Assembly: GCF_009914755.1 (NCBI RefSeq)
Contig: NC_060925.1
Strand: one strand, 5' to 3'
Source: the human T2T-CHM13v2.0 reference genome, Homo sapiens
Length of the DNA: 64,000 nucleotides
Under the pieces are notes generated by a model, which did no database searches, had not been told where the DNA came from, and saw nothing but the letters and a program-made list of their open reading frames with translations. The position numbers and the translations under genes are program-made. How positions within the stretch are numbered: the first letter of the stretch is position 1; every line of letters begins with the position of its first letter. Positions 1 through 17,945 of the stretch are shown here, piece after piece.

Positions 1-199
1 CAAAAGTAAAGGCTTTCATTCTGAAGTTTGTGTGCTCAGTTCTTTTTCAGCTTTGCTTAGGAAATAACAAAAGAAAAAGCAACCTTAGGTTGACATGGGA
101 GGAGATCCACACCGAGTCCAAACTTTCCCTCTCTGGGTAGCAGTATCATAGTTTGGGGGATTAAACATAGGTCCAAAGTAGACCCATGTTAAGGTAAAC

Positions 200-414
200 C
201 AGGGCTTGGCAAACTTTTTCTGTAAAGGGCCAGATAGCAAATAGTAGAGGCTTTTGGGACTTCATGGTCTTTGTTGGAGCTATTGAATTCTGCCATTGTT
301 GTAAAAGTAGCCATAGACAATATTTAGAGGAAGACGTAACTGTGTTTTAATAAAACTTCCCCCAAACATCTGGCAAGCAGGATTTGGCCTCCATCTATAG
401 TTTTCTGACCTCTG
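200..414. mobile_element. MER58A-like hAT-Charlie MITE
   Basis: CAGGGCTTGGCAAACTTTTTCTGTAAAGGGCCAGATAG start and ...TTCTGACCTCTG end (TIR-like). Confidence 0.75.
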
Positions 415-429
415 ACTTAAGCCAATCAT

Positions 430-1175
<746 letters not shown>

Positions 1176-1368
1176 GGAAAGTTTAAAAATAAGTTTATGG
1201 CTTTCAAAGTTTGCAAACACTGAAGTGAGTTAGTTAACACCTGCTGCCATAAAATTTCCTTCCCATCACAAAAAAAAAAAGAATGTGAAAAATAGGGAAT
1301 AAAAACTACCCTGACTCTTTTTAACTGCCTAAATTGGTGAATGTGGGTCTCCCAGGGGACAGTGAAGA

Positions 1369-1769
1369 TATCTTCGTTTGTTTTGTGCAGTTATAACAGA
1401 TACCTGAAATGGGGTAATTTATAAACAACAGAAATTTATTTCTCACAGTTCTGGAGGCTGGGAAGTTCAAGGTCAAGGTGCTGGTAGATTTGGTGCCTGG
1501 TAAGGTCTGGGTCACCATTTCCAAGATGGCGCCTTAAATGCTGCATACTCCAGAAGGGAGGAACACCTTTCCTCAAATGGCAGAAGAGCAAAAGAGCCAA
1601 GAAAGATAACCTACTCCTAAAAGCCCTTTTTAAAAAGGGAATTAAATAGACCCCATGGAGGTGGTTTAATACCTAATCACCTCTTATGGGTCATACCTCT
1701 TAATACCATTACAATGGCAATTACATTTCAACATGAGTTTTGGAGGGGAGAAACCTTTAAAGTGTAGCA
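1369..1769 (-). mobile_element. MaLR solo LTR (MSTC/MSTD/MLT1A-like)
   Basis: GGGTAATTTATAAACAACAGAAATTTATTTCTCACAGTTCTGGAGGCTGGGAAG hallmark; 5-bp TSD GAAGA/GAAGT. Confidence 0.8.
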
Positions 1770-1999
1770 GAAGTTTTGATCAAATGACCCTTAATTTATG
1801 GAATTGTGGAATGTCTGGGCCGGTGGACACTTCCCCTGCAATGAGACCAAGAACTTGAATGCAAAGAGGCATTGAAGATTTTAACTTTCTTTCTGCCTTC
1901 CATTAACACCCTTGGTCTATGTGCAAGTCTCTTCCCTTCTTAATCTTCACACTCTAAACATAAGGAATGATTTATAAACAACAGCATAAGCATTATCTA

Positions 2000-2290
2000 T
2001 TTTTTTTTTTTGAGTTGGAGTCTTGCTCTGTCATTCAGGCTGGAGTGCAGTAGCGCAATCTTGGCTCACTGCAACTTCCACCTCCTGAGTTCAAGCGATT
2101 CTCCTGCCTCAGCCTCCTGAGTAGCTGCAACCACAGGCATGTGCACCATGCCCAGCTAATTTTTGTATTTTTAGTAGAAACGGGGTTTCACCATGTTGGC
2201 CAGGTGGGTCTCAAACTCCTGACTTCAGGTGTTCCACCCGCTTAGTCCTCCCAAAGTGCTAGAATTACAGGCGTGAGCCACTGTGCCCGG
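2000..2290 (-). mobile_element. Alu (AluS)
   Basis: dimer; TSD AGCATTATCT. Confidence 0.9.
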
Positions 2291-2496
2291 CAGCATTATC
2301 TCATTTTGAGGTTCACTGGTTCTTACACAGTTTCTATTATAGTTGTATGCCATTCTCTTATATATTAATTTTAGTTGTATGAATGTATGGTTTGGGATTA
2401 TTTCAATAAAATAAAAAAATTGAGTTTTAGAATGGTTTGTCCTCCAGCAGGTCAAATCTGAATAACATTAATTATCTTCCTAACATTCTCTCCCTC

Positions 2497-2794
2497 TTTT
2501 TTTTTTTTTTTTTTGAGATGGAGTCTCACTCTTTTGCCTAGGCTGGAGTGAAGTGGCATGATCTCAGCTCACTGCAACCTCCGCCCCCTGGGTTCAAGTG
2601 ATTCTCCTGCCTCAGCCTCCCAAGTAGCTGGAATTACAGGCGTGTGCCACCACACCTGGCTAATTTTTGTACTTTTAGTAGAGACAGGGTTTCACCATGT
2701 TGGCCAGGCTGGTCTCAAACTCCAACCTCAGGTGATCTGCCCACCACGGCCTCCCAAAGTGCTGGGATTACAGGTGTGACCCACCGTGCCTAGC
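2497..2794 (-). mobile_element. Alu (AluS)
   Basis: dimer; TSD TTCCTAACA(T/C)TCT. Confidence 0.9.
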
Positions 2795-2916
2795 CTTTCC
2801 TAACACTCTTAAGGGGTAATTTAATAAGTTATAACTTCTCTCTTCATACTAATGTTTAAACTTAGATATAGAAAGGTGAGTGATTCAACCTTGTAAAATA
2901 AGTACAAAACATGTAT

Positions 2917-3370
2917 CATTTATTCATTCAAAAAGATATTACTGAGGGCTTATTAAGAGGCAGGCACTGTTCCATGCCTTGCTATAATGCAAAGTCCCTG
3001 CCATCATGAAACTTACATTCTATAGGGGGAGACAAATAATAAATAATGAATCTTATGTTAGGAGGTGATAAGTAATAAGAAAAAACATAAAGCAAAGGAA
3101 AGGAATAGAGGCTAACTAAGCAGGAGTGGGAGGTGGCATGTGATTGTAGGCACCCTCAGGTGGGGATGAGCTTGGAGGTGGAGTTTGCTTCATTGTCTGG
3201 AAAACAGCAGAGGGACCAGAGTGGCTGGAGCAGATAGGATGAGGAGAGAGAACTGCAGAGGATGAGTTGGAAAGGTGGGGCAGGGCATATCACATATGAC
3301 CTGAGAGGACACAGAATGACTTTGGGTTTTATTCTGAGGAAGATGAGAAAATGGGTACCACTGAAAGAGT
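2917..3370 (-). mobile_element. L2 3' fragment
   Basis: TCATTTATTCATTCAA...TTACTGAG...GGCACTGTT terminus. Confidence 0.65.
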
Positions 3371-3487
3371 CCCCAGCCTACGGACTCTCTGACAAGCCCA
3401 ACTGTCCCCAGCATACCAAAGACAGTAATATTTAAGATCCCTTACTATTCATCAAGCTGATTTATAGTCTTAACAGTTGAGTAGTCA

Positions 3488-3829
<342 letters not shown>

Positions 3830-4380
3830 TCATTGTTCTCTTGCAATGAAACTTACTCTATCAGGAAAAGCCTTGAAACTGTACCTCATAATCATATTTT
3901 TTCCTTTGGTTCCCTTCTTGCCTAGGACTTATCATCCTTTTCCATAGATTATGTAGGGTGGCACTGTATTATTTATCAAATGTCTACCACAATGCTGGCT
4001 TATAGCAGATAATCCAAGAAATTCATTGGACAAAGAAATAAAAGAATGAGCACAGCAAAATACTTTACTGTTAGACTTTAATATAAAGAATTTACTATAA
4101 AGAATTTTAATATAAATAATTTAGCCTACAGTCACCAAAAAAGGCAGGTTATAAGCACTTTTTTCTCTTTCCTGTATCATATTATTTTCTTTAAAAAGAT
4201 TATATACTTTCGAAACCTGCAATTGTGATGATCGTTTTTGTAGGTAAATTCCATTTGTAGATGATTATAATAACTAAGTTTTCAAGAATGTACTAGAAAG
4301 CAAATTTAAACACATTTTTCTGATACACATTTTACAAACTGTAATCATTTCATTTTTCACAGGATGCCCTTCAAATATAG

Positions 4381-4497
4381 CAACTTTCCTAGACAAGTGT
4401 GAATGCCCTGCAATTGTGGAAACAAAAATATGCACAACTTTCCTAGACAAGTGTGAATGCCCTGCAATTGTGGAAACAAAAATATGCACAACTTTCC
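4381..4497. repeat. Perfect 54-bp tandem duplication (two units plus 9 bp)
   Basis: 4381-4434 is identical to 4435-4488; CAACTTTCC repeats again at 4489-4497. Confidence 0.97.
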
Positions 4498-4568
4498 AAA
4501 TGTCAGTCTCATGAAGGTAAAACTAAAAGAGCAAAGGACTTACTCCCAAGTTCTAGGCATCTAGTTTA

Positions 4569-4897
<329 letters not shown>

Positions 4898-5092
4898 CCC
4901 TGTAATATTTGCTAGTGAAAATTCAGGGTCAGAAGAATTTATGTAACACGTAAGATAATTTCACAAGAACTTGGGGGAGAAACTGTGGGACTGCTGACAA
5001 GAAGAAGCAGTATTTTGTTACAAGCAATCACTGTGAAGGAGGGACTAGTGTGATGTCCATTCATGAAAAGGGTTCCAGAGAAGGCCTTGGAC

Positions 5093-5266
5093 CTGTAGTG
5101 TCCAATACAGTAGTCACTAGCCACAAGTGGCTATTAAAATTAAAATTTAATTAATTAAAAATTCAGCTCCTCACTCACATTACACATGTGGCTGGTGGCT
5201 ACCCTATTACGGAGCAAAAATATAGAACATTTGCATCATTGCAGAAATTTTCACTGGATAGAGCTG
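5093..5266. mobile_element. MER3/MER33-like hAT-Charlie MITE
   Basis: TGTCCAATACAGTAGTCACTAGCCACAAGTGGCTATT and ATAGAACATTTGCATCATTGCAGAAA motifs. Confidence 0.7.
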
Positions 5267-6030
5267 CCTGAGAATCTGTCTAACTCCGCTATACAGATAG
5301 GGAGTTAGGCTGATAGAATCTCTCATAAACATAGGCAAGCAACTTACTCTGGAAACAGAAGCATGGTTTCCTGGAGACAGGATCACACTAGAATGGCTCT
5401 TTGGGAGCATAAATAAATTTACATATAAGATAGAACAACAGTCATTTGTTTAGACATTCAAAAAAGTTACTAAGATTCCACACCAGAAATTATTTAAAAA
5501 TTTTAAGTACCCCAGAACTAGAGGTAGTATTTTGCTATACATACGGAACTGCTTAGAGAAAAAAGGCGGTTGTTTTTTTGGATGGAGGAAAATGTGCTGG
5601 AAGAGATATCCCCCAAAGATTGGTATAGTAAGCAATGTTTTCTACAATGACTGCAAATTACCTAGAACACGTAATACATGGTTTAATCTTCCAGATGGTA
5701 TTTCACTGAAGTTGATGCTGAATATGAAATCAGTGCAGAGAAAAAGAAACCTTTTGGAAAAGGTCATAAAAACTGGAGTAAGGAGAAAGGTGAAATATGA
5801 AATTCAATGAAAACTGGTCTTATTATATTAAAAACAATCCAAATTAGAATTATTAAATGATGGGATCTGAATTATCAGCTTCATACCAAGAAGTCATGTA
5901 GACTGATCCTTTGGTTTTCATTTGCTGCTGATGGCTGAGGAGGAGGGCCATGGCAAGCTCAGCAGACACTTTGGTGCAAATAGAAAATGTGACCCCTCCA
6001 GGCAGAAGGCTAGCAAAAAGGTGCTTCTTG

Positions 6031-7003
<973 letters not shown>

Positions 7004-8059
7004 TAAGTTAAGAGAGCCTCTCTAAGCAGAGCAATTAGAGAAAAGTTTTCCTTCCTCTAGATGCACGCAGGCCTGTGCCAGGGTGCATGGCATGGCAAGG
7101 GAAACTCTGTGCTGAATTTCAGTGCTCTGCCAATCCCACTCTCTGAACTGTCCTGTGCCAGGTGCCAGCACTGGGCTTAATCATACTAGGTGACCTGTCT
7201 GGAACTCCCCCCAACCCCCATCAGAAAGAGTTATGCCCCAGTATACAAGTGTATTCAAATGTGAGAAATTTTTACAATCTGATCTTTCTTTGTCAAGACA
7301 CATGGGAAAGCTTAGAAACTTCCTAAGGAAAGTAAACAAAAATCATCGCCAGGACAGGCTACTAGAAGAGTCTAAAAGTAGGATTTTTCAGCCAGAAAGG
7401 CAAAGAAACATATAGATAAAGTTAACAAAACCTTAAGAGATTGGAAAAAAGGATTAGCAAATCCTAAAGCACTAAAACCAGTAACAATTGTGAGGTCCTT
7501 GTATTAATAAAATAATAAAAGTTGATTTTATTTATCAGACCAACAACACCTAGAAAATATATTTTAAAAATATTTAAAAGAGTTGGTTAAATTTGTGGAT
7601 GATAATTCCATAGCATGTGAATTAGAAAATATGAGGATCTTTTAGACTGTTTTCCTAAACACTGAAGTTGGTGTAATGAGAGCAACCCACTCCCAAAACA
7701 TCCACTGGTGCTTCTGTCAGATACAGCTTGGTTCGGTGTAAGGGTACATTGGTCTGAATCAACATGGCATTTTCTGTTATCACTGTTTCAGCTCTGTCTG
7801 TATTCCAGAAGAAAAATCAACAATGTGGTTGACTGATTAGACAAGATCTGGTTCTAAGAGGAAGTTCATTAAAATAATATTTATTAAAATAAATGTATTT
7901 ATCAAGTTAATAAAAATTCTTCAGAAATTTCCAGCAAGAAAGATTAACACGCAGATAACAATGAGACAGTTTCTTCTAACATGGGTTTTACATCAGGCCT
8001 CAAACGGTCCAAAGATTTAGAATTGCCGCCCCCTGCCCCACCCCTTTTAAAAGATAATA

Positions 8060-8426
<367 letters not shown>

Positions 8427-8451
8427 TTAAAATCTAAAAACCAAATCAACT

Positions 8452-8686
8452 GGCTAGGCGCGGTGGCTCACGCCTGTAATCCCAGCACTTTGGGAGGCCG
8501 AGGCAGGCGCATCACCTGAGATCAGGAGATCGAGACCACCCTGGCTAACACGGGGAAACTCCATCTCTACTAAAAATACAAAACATTAGCCGGACGTGGT
8601 GGCGGGCACCTGTAGTCCCAGCTAAGCCGAGATCACACCACTGCACTCCAGCCTGGGCAACAGAGTGAGACTCCATCTCAAAAAAA
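8452..8686 (+). mobile_element. Alu with internal right-arm deletion
   Basis: CCCAGCTA joined directly to AGCCGAGATC; TSD-like AAAAACC..ATCAAC. Confidence 0.85.
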
Positions 8687-8796
8687 CCGGATCAACCAAA
8701 GCCCCCAAAATCTTTCTTAAAAGGAGATTTTCTACCTAGAGTTCAAGTAATACATATCCATGTGTGTGTAGAATTTTTAGCATAAGTGTAATCCAC

Positions 8797-9434
8797 TGTA
8801 AACCAAAAAGTATCTTAGACAAATCTCAATCAATTTAGAAGTTTAGAAGCCAAAGTTAAGGGCATCTTACACCTGGAAGACAGACCTATGCCTTTCTCCA
8901 AAAATGATTTTGAGAACTTCAATATTTAAAGGGGAAAGGGCGGATATTAGGAAAAAAGGAAGGAATGTTTTGAAGGTGTATATAGATAAGAGGCCAACGG
9001 TTGCATTCTTTTGAGTCTTCGATTAGCCATTCACATGTAAGGGTGGGTAAAGGAATAGTCACTTATGTATTCCTTTAGCTCAGCGAATCAGCATTTTTAC
9101 ATAAGATAAAATACAGGGCAGAGGAAGTGATCAGATATACATTTGTCTCAGGTGAGTATAGAGGGATAACTTTAAGTTCTGTCCTTTGTCCCGTACCCAT
9201 AAAGATAAGCTATCAGTTTACCTTGTCAGGGTGAAATTCAACAGAACTTGATCTTGGGGCCCACAAGGAATTTCCTAGTGGGCAAATTGTGAGAGAGGTG
9301 TGTAGCTTTTTTATCTTTGTAACTATCTTATTTAGAAACAAAATGGGAGGCAGGTTTGTGTAATGCAGTCCCCAGCTTGACTCTTCCCTTTGGCTTAGTG
9401 ATTTGGGGGTCCCATGATTTATTTTCCTTTCACA
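8797..9434 (-). mobile_element. MER4A-like ERV1 solo LTR
   Basis: TG...CA termini (TGTAAACCAAAAAG ... TTTTCCTTTCACA); perfect 4-bp TSD CCAC at 8793-8796 and 9435-9438. Confidence 0.85.
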
Positions 9435-11069
9435 CCACTTTATGTTTACCTGAGGCACATAGATGTATTCAATTCCATATAAACAATTTTGTTGCAAAAC
9501 CACTTAGCCATATTCTGCTTAAGCTGAAATTTTCGAAGTAAATTATAAGGGTTGTATTAATAGAGGACCCTGAGAAAAGAAAATAGCAAAGGCATTAGTT
9601 AATTTGATAAAGCAATGACAATTAAACCTTGTTTTACTTTGTATTCATATAATAAAAAACAGAGCACTGAAATAGTTGTCCAAATAATTCAGGCCTAAAA
9701 TAAATTCACCTAAAACAGCCAGGTGGTTGAGGCAAATGTGTCATTTTGGTTTAAGTTGTCTGAATCACTGAATTAATTTTCCTACTTAATCTAAATAAAC
9801 ATATTGAGACTATGAGAAATTTTTAGGTTAGTGAGGAAGGTCTCTAGATTTTTCTGTGATTATTTGTAGCTCTCTCCATCATTAGAGCGCAGTGGAATAA
9901 CCAATCTGCAAGTTTCCTGCAAAAGAACCACCCAGGAATGTTTGGGGATTTCTGTGTAACCCAGCCCTAGAAAAGCTGAGTTCGGAGATATAGCTACTAA
10001 ATTCTTGAGCTCTTGCACAAGCTCAGACTATTATCACTATGCCGAAAATAACTTCCAGTTGTTCTAAGGCGTTCAAGAATCGAATTACTTAATAACGTAC
10101 TCTTATATCTGGATTAAGGTATCAGACCAACAGAAAACCATGCAAGATCTGATTGGATGACATAAAAGGATGTTGCATAAGAATCGAAGCTGTCATATGC
10201 TGAAGAATAACAAAGGTAATATGACAAGGAAAATGCACCCCTAATAGCCAAACCTTGTTTATTGCTTACCTGCTGCAGAGGGGTGACTATAGAACATACA
10301 GTGTATGTTATAAGGAACAGGCATGTCATATTTTATGAAAGATTTTTTAAATTATAGAGCGTATTTGTTCAGTGAGTGGCTTAATTTGTTTTTATATTGT
10401 AGTTGAATAATAATTCTAGAGAGAGGTATCGGTGTGGATTTGTGTGGGAGCCTGGGTAACCTCAAAATGAGGATAATAATAACACCTGCTTCATGGGATG
10501 GTGGTGAACAGTGAACTCCATAATCCCTATAAAGGCTCTCATCACTGAGCTGGGCGTATGCAGAATATTCACTACAGTTTGGCTGTTAGTATTGTAATTG
10601 TCAAGATTATTATCAGACATTGAAAACACACCCAAAGTTTCCCATTTAAAGGCAGAGGACAGGTTTCTAAATGCTATAGAGTTTTTCAGACTTTGTAATT
10701 TAAATTATTAAAGGTGGAAAAATTCAGATTTAAATTTAGAAATACATTTAGAAACACTGTTTCCTGAATTCATTTCTTCCTTACAAAGGCAAAGGTAGGA
10801 TCTCTGATCTAAGGGTAGCCACCTCTCATTTCTAGTTTATCTTGTCAAGGCTGCATGTGATACAGCCCTGGCCCCCACCACTGCAATGGAGACAAGATTT
10901 TCACTGCAGTGGTCTCCTTTGCCTCTCATTCAAATTCGAATATCTATGGTCCAAGCATAAGCATGGTTGAGGAACCATGGGCAATGTTTCATCTACTAAT
11001 CAACATTTCACAGATGCACGGATGCCCAAATTTCAGTTTAAGGGAACACAACAACTGACACAGCCTTGA

Positions 11070-11524
<455 letters not shown>

Positions 11525-12782
11525 TAATTGATTTGAATATTTCTGTCTATAATAGCTACACCAAAAAAGATGCAAATGAAGTTCTTCTTCATGTGTTGAT
11601 TTCCCACCACATCTCTGGCCCAGGTGTACCACCAGCCAACCACAGAAAAAGGATCATGTCCCTTTAATAAATAAACGGCATTACTTCAGTTCTGGTCTGG
11701 CCTCTACCGCTCCCTGAAAACTAGCTGTGGGCACACCACATATGTTTCTGCATAAAATGGAAGCTTGCCACTTCAGCCAGGGTTTTGCTTCAGAGAACAT
11801 TGTTTTCTGGAGTCCGGCCAGCCTCAGAGAATTTACCCAGACGATCCAGGAAACACTGAACCATTTCCATTTATGGACATTTTCCTTTACCAATTAAGAA
11901 CAAAGGGGAGTTAAAAAAATTTTTTTTTCCTGATTGCTATATTTTACATTTAAAATTGTAATGTGAATGCTGACATAATTAGAACTATCTGGGGAGATTT
12001 TTTAAAAGGCAGGGAACTGGGACCAACAGCCCTGTCCATTGCTGGCATGTTAACAGCCAGTACTTCAGTTTTTATCATAAGTGAGTTTGAAAGAGGATGA
12101 CATGCCAGACATTCCTTCTGAAAGTAAACTAAGGTAATGATGGAACTCAAGGGAAAAATCAACATGTTACTTATAATTCTATTTGGGGGGTTGGGTGGGG
12201 AGATGACCATTCTGTGAAATGATTTATACAGCACTGTAGAAAGAAAAGTCCCCTGGGTGATGACTGTGAGCTGCAAAAGCAACAATGAACAAAGGGGACT
12301 TCCAGGGCCTCAGACTTCCTGGCCACACCCGCTGGGAATGCCCCAGTCCTTTTCCGCTCTGTGGTTGGAGAACTTCTACGTAGAGCATTATCCTCACCAA
12401 CACAAGGAGTTACACTCTAAATGGACAAATTTGGGGAGGATCAGATGAAAATTCAAGCGCTCACTTTCTAGAACAAAAGTCTGAGATGGGTTTAAAATTC
12501 ATGCTCCTATGCAAACATTTCAAAAAGCATCTTTTACTTTTTGTAAATTGCCAAAACAGGTTTCCAGAAGAGGGGTTCTCCTGCAATGCTTGGGTGATGT
12601 CTCTGCCCAAAGGTCTGAGCTGGCCACTTAGTGCTGATCCAAACCAGCAGAGATGGTTTTGTCAGGCCTGGTTTTGTCACACAACTTATGCAAACACTGG
12701 TATGTTTCCAGTGGTTGCTTTGAGTTTGCACATTTGAATTAAAGTATCTGAATTATGAAATATATTCTTTTGAGATTTTCTC

Positions 12783-13737
<955 letters not shown>

Positions 13738-13992
13738 TAAGTTGACTTTTGTCTGGATTTGAAAAAATATATATTTATTTGGGCCATATGGAAAAGCAAA
13801 TAGATTTTTGTTTTTGCTTTTTTGAAAAGCCATGTGTTAATTAAAGGTAATCCTAAGAATACATTTAAATCTTTAGCTTTACCTTTTCCTTGAAATGTAA
13901 GATCCCTACCTGTCTGAAAGTGAAGTTTTAAATTCACAATTTTTTTTTTTTTTTGAGACAGAGTCTTGCTCTGTTTCACAAATTTTGAAACA

Positions 13993-14412
<420 letters not shown>

Positions 14413-15354
14413 TTAGGCCAAGAGTTCCACAAAATTGTAAAATAATGATTCAATAATTAATTAGATGGATTGAAGCAAAAATTTCATCTTTCTCATATGG
14501 TATTTGTTAGTAATTTTAACAACAGAAAAATGATTAGTGCTCACTCAGAGATAATAATAATTTTTAAAACAATAATTATTGTTCTTATTATGGCTATATC
14601 TGTATAGTACATATTATGTGCCTGGTGCTGTTCTGAGCCCTAGATAATTCATTAACTCTAATAACCCTACTAGGTAAGTGTTTTAATATTATCTCCATTT
14701 TATAGATTAAGAAACTAAGGATCACAGAAAGCAAAGTAACTGCTTTGATGAATAGAAGCCAGGATTTGGCCCTGGGAACCTGCCTAAGCCTCAACTTTTG
14801 GCCACTAGAACTCTCTTAACCTCAGGAATGCACTAGAGAAGAATTCTCAGATTGGTAAAAGGGGTCGATATTGTCCCTGAGCAAGGTAAGGGATGAAGCC
14901 AGAGCAGGGGCGTCAAGCCTGAGCCAGACAGTTGTTTGGATGTGTGGAGAAGCCCAGAATAAGGCAATGTGAAGAGGTGGGAACTGAGAAAAGTTGGGGA
15001 GTGCCTGCCTTAAGGCGTTTACATTTTAAAAATATGTTTTAAATCCTGCACTGTTCACATAAAAGAGGCTGCTGGTGGGTCTGGTGCCCAGGGGCCTGCT
15101 GCCCATTTGCTGCCCCTGGTCCAGATGACCTCTGGCAGTCCTTCCAGAACTAACATCTTGGGAAAAATTAGAAATATTTGTTCAGAGTCTTTTGTGACTT
15201 GAATTTATCGATGTAGGCCAATAGTCTACAATCTGGCTAGGTTATAATGGTCATTGATAAATAACTTTTGATTGCATGTTGAATTCATTCAGTGTTGTGA
15301 ATTTGTCTTTGTTTTTTATGGTACTTTTTAATCTGACGTAACAAAGAGCTAATG

Positions 15355-15590
15355 GATTGTGGAGTCATATGGCCTGGTTTTGAACCTTGGCTTTGCAACT
15401 TACTAGCAGTGTGACTTTGAGCATGTTACCTGACTTTCGCATGCCTGTGTTTTCTTGTCTGTAAAATGGGGAAATTAATAGTACACCTAATTCATAAAGT
15501 TGTTTTAAAGATTAAAAGTTTAATGAGATAATGGATTTACAACAGCGACTGGCAAATAGTAAGCATTACTTATGTGTTTGTATTGCTATT
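15355..15590 (+). mobile_element. MIR
   Basis: core ACTTACTAGCAGTGTGACTTTGAGCATGTTAC...CTGTAAAATGGG; similar fragments at about 14600-14800, 19830-20000, 21370-21600, 37390-37600, 41320-41900, 46960-47230, 51170-51400, 53960-54170, 57650-57870, 61840-62000, 63130-63410. Confidence 0.75.
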
Positions 15591-16693
15591 ATCACTGTCC
15601 CAAAATGATGCTAGATGAAAACATCTGTTCCAACTTTTAACATATAATAAACTATAGCAATCTGCACTAAAATGAAATCTTCCTTCAAGACTTTATTTTG
15701 TAGGGCCCTGTTCCTTGTTCCTGCAGGACCGTGGTGAATTGCACAACAAAGATGGGACTCAGGGACAGGACCTCAGCCTCCACAAGGCACCAGCGACTAG
15801 AAGGGAAAATTCTAAATACCGTCTCTGTGAACTGAAACCTTAGCTGTAGCTGGAGACTCTGAGTTTTGAGAGAGAAGAATATTTGTGTAATTTGTTTGAA
15901 TCCTGGACAGAGTAGAAGAGAATCAAGCCTTGGATGAGAAAGTTGGAGTTTCTTTTCTATTCCTCAGGTTTTATTGCTGGAGATTTTAGAATAGGTGTCA
16001 GCCAGTTTGCAGCAACCTGTCTTGCCCCTACCATTCTTGGGTTCTGTATTCAGACCCCAGCTATTCCTAACACCCAGTTCATACTCCACGTTCTGTACAA
16101 AGCCATCCCTAGCTATCCCAGTCAGCCCACACTGGTCTCCATGACATGCATGAACCGAAGTTTTTAGAACCTTTGACACTTATGTCTGCCCTGGATGATT
16201 TGTTCATTATCTTATGTTGTTGTCATCCACAGAACAATCTGGAGAATATTCATATATTTAGTCAGCAAATAGCTATTTATTGGGGGCCTTTGTAGGCCTC
16301 AATGTTGAGAAGAAGGGTTGGTTGTTTTGGACAGATTGTGTATTTATAAAGCTCTAGCAATTTTTAAATCTCTAGCAGGAACCAAAGCCTTCTTGACAGC
16401 CACCTCTCTGAATTATTGTCACTAGCCTCCTTAGGAGAAGAGACAATATAGTTTATACCAAGATTTGCAGTTGTCTAGATATTACTCACTTCAGCTAGCA
16501 CTGTGCTAGTAGATAACATTCAAAGTTGGTCTCAACAAATATTTTCTCTAGTGCCCATGGAGAGTGGCTGAGAAATACACTCTAAGATGTAAAAGAGTTT
16601 GGTATCTAGATCCTCTTTCTTATTCATTTCAAGCCAATATTTATTAAGCACCAACTGCAAGCTAGATACTATACTAGTTAGGAATATAAAGTG

Positions 16694-16989
16694 GGCCAGG
16701 GATGGTGTTTATGCCTATAATCCCAGCACTTTGGGAGGCCAAGGCAGGAGGATTACTTGAGGCCAGGAATTCAAGGTCAGCCTGCCCAACACAGCAAGAC
16801 CTCGTCTCTACAAAAAATTAAAAAATTAGCTGGGTGTGGTGGCATTTGCCTGTAGCCCTAGCTACTCAAGAGGCTGAGGTGGGAGGATTGCTTGAGCCCA
16901 GGGGTTGGAGGCTGCAGTGCGCTATGATGGTGCCATTGAAAACAAAAACAAAAACCAACCAACAAACAAAAAAACAAACAAAAAGAAAA
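16694..16989 (+). mobile_element. Alu (AluJ-like), about 0.7 kb upstream of the LAMC2 ATG
   Basis: dimer with shortened 3' end and (AAAC)-type tail. Confidence 0.85.
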
Positions 16990-17049
16990 CGATACTCAGT
17001 CTTTATAGGGAGGTTGGCCAGTCAATAGGTTACTTTATGAGTTGCTAAC

Positions 17050-17945
<896 letters not shown>

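Noticed and set aside
4381-4497. CRISPR-like array or other prokaryotic system
   Set aside because: The repeats are contiguous with no spacers, and the window is Alu-rich primate DNA with no cas or operon features.
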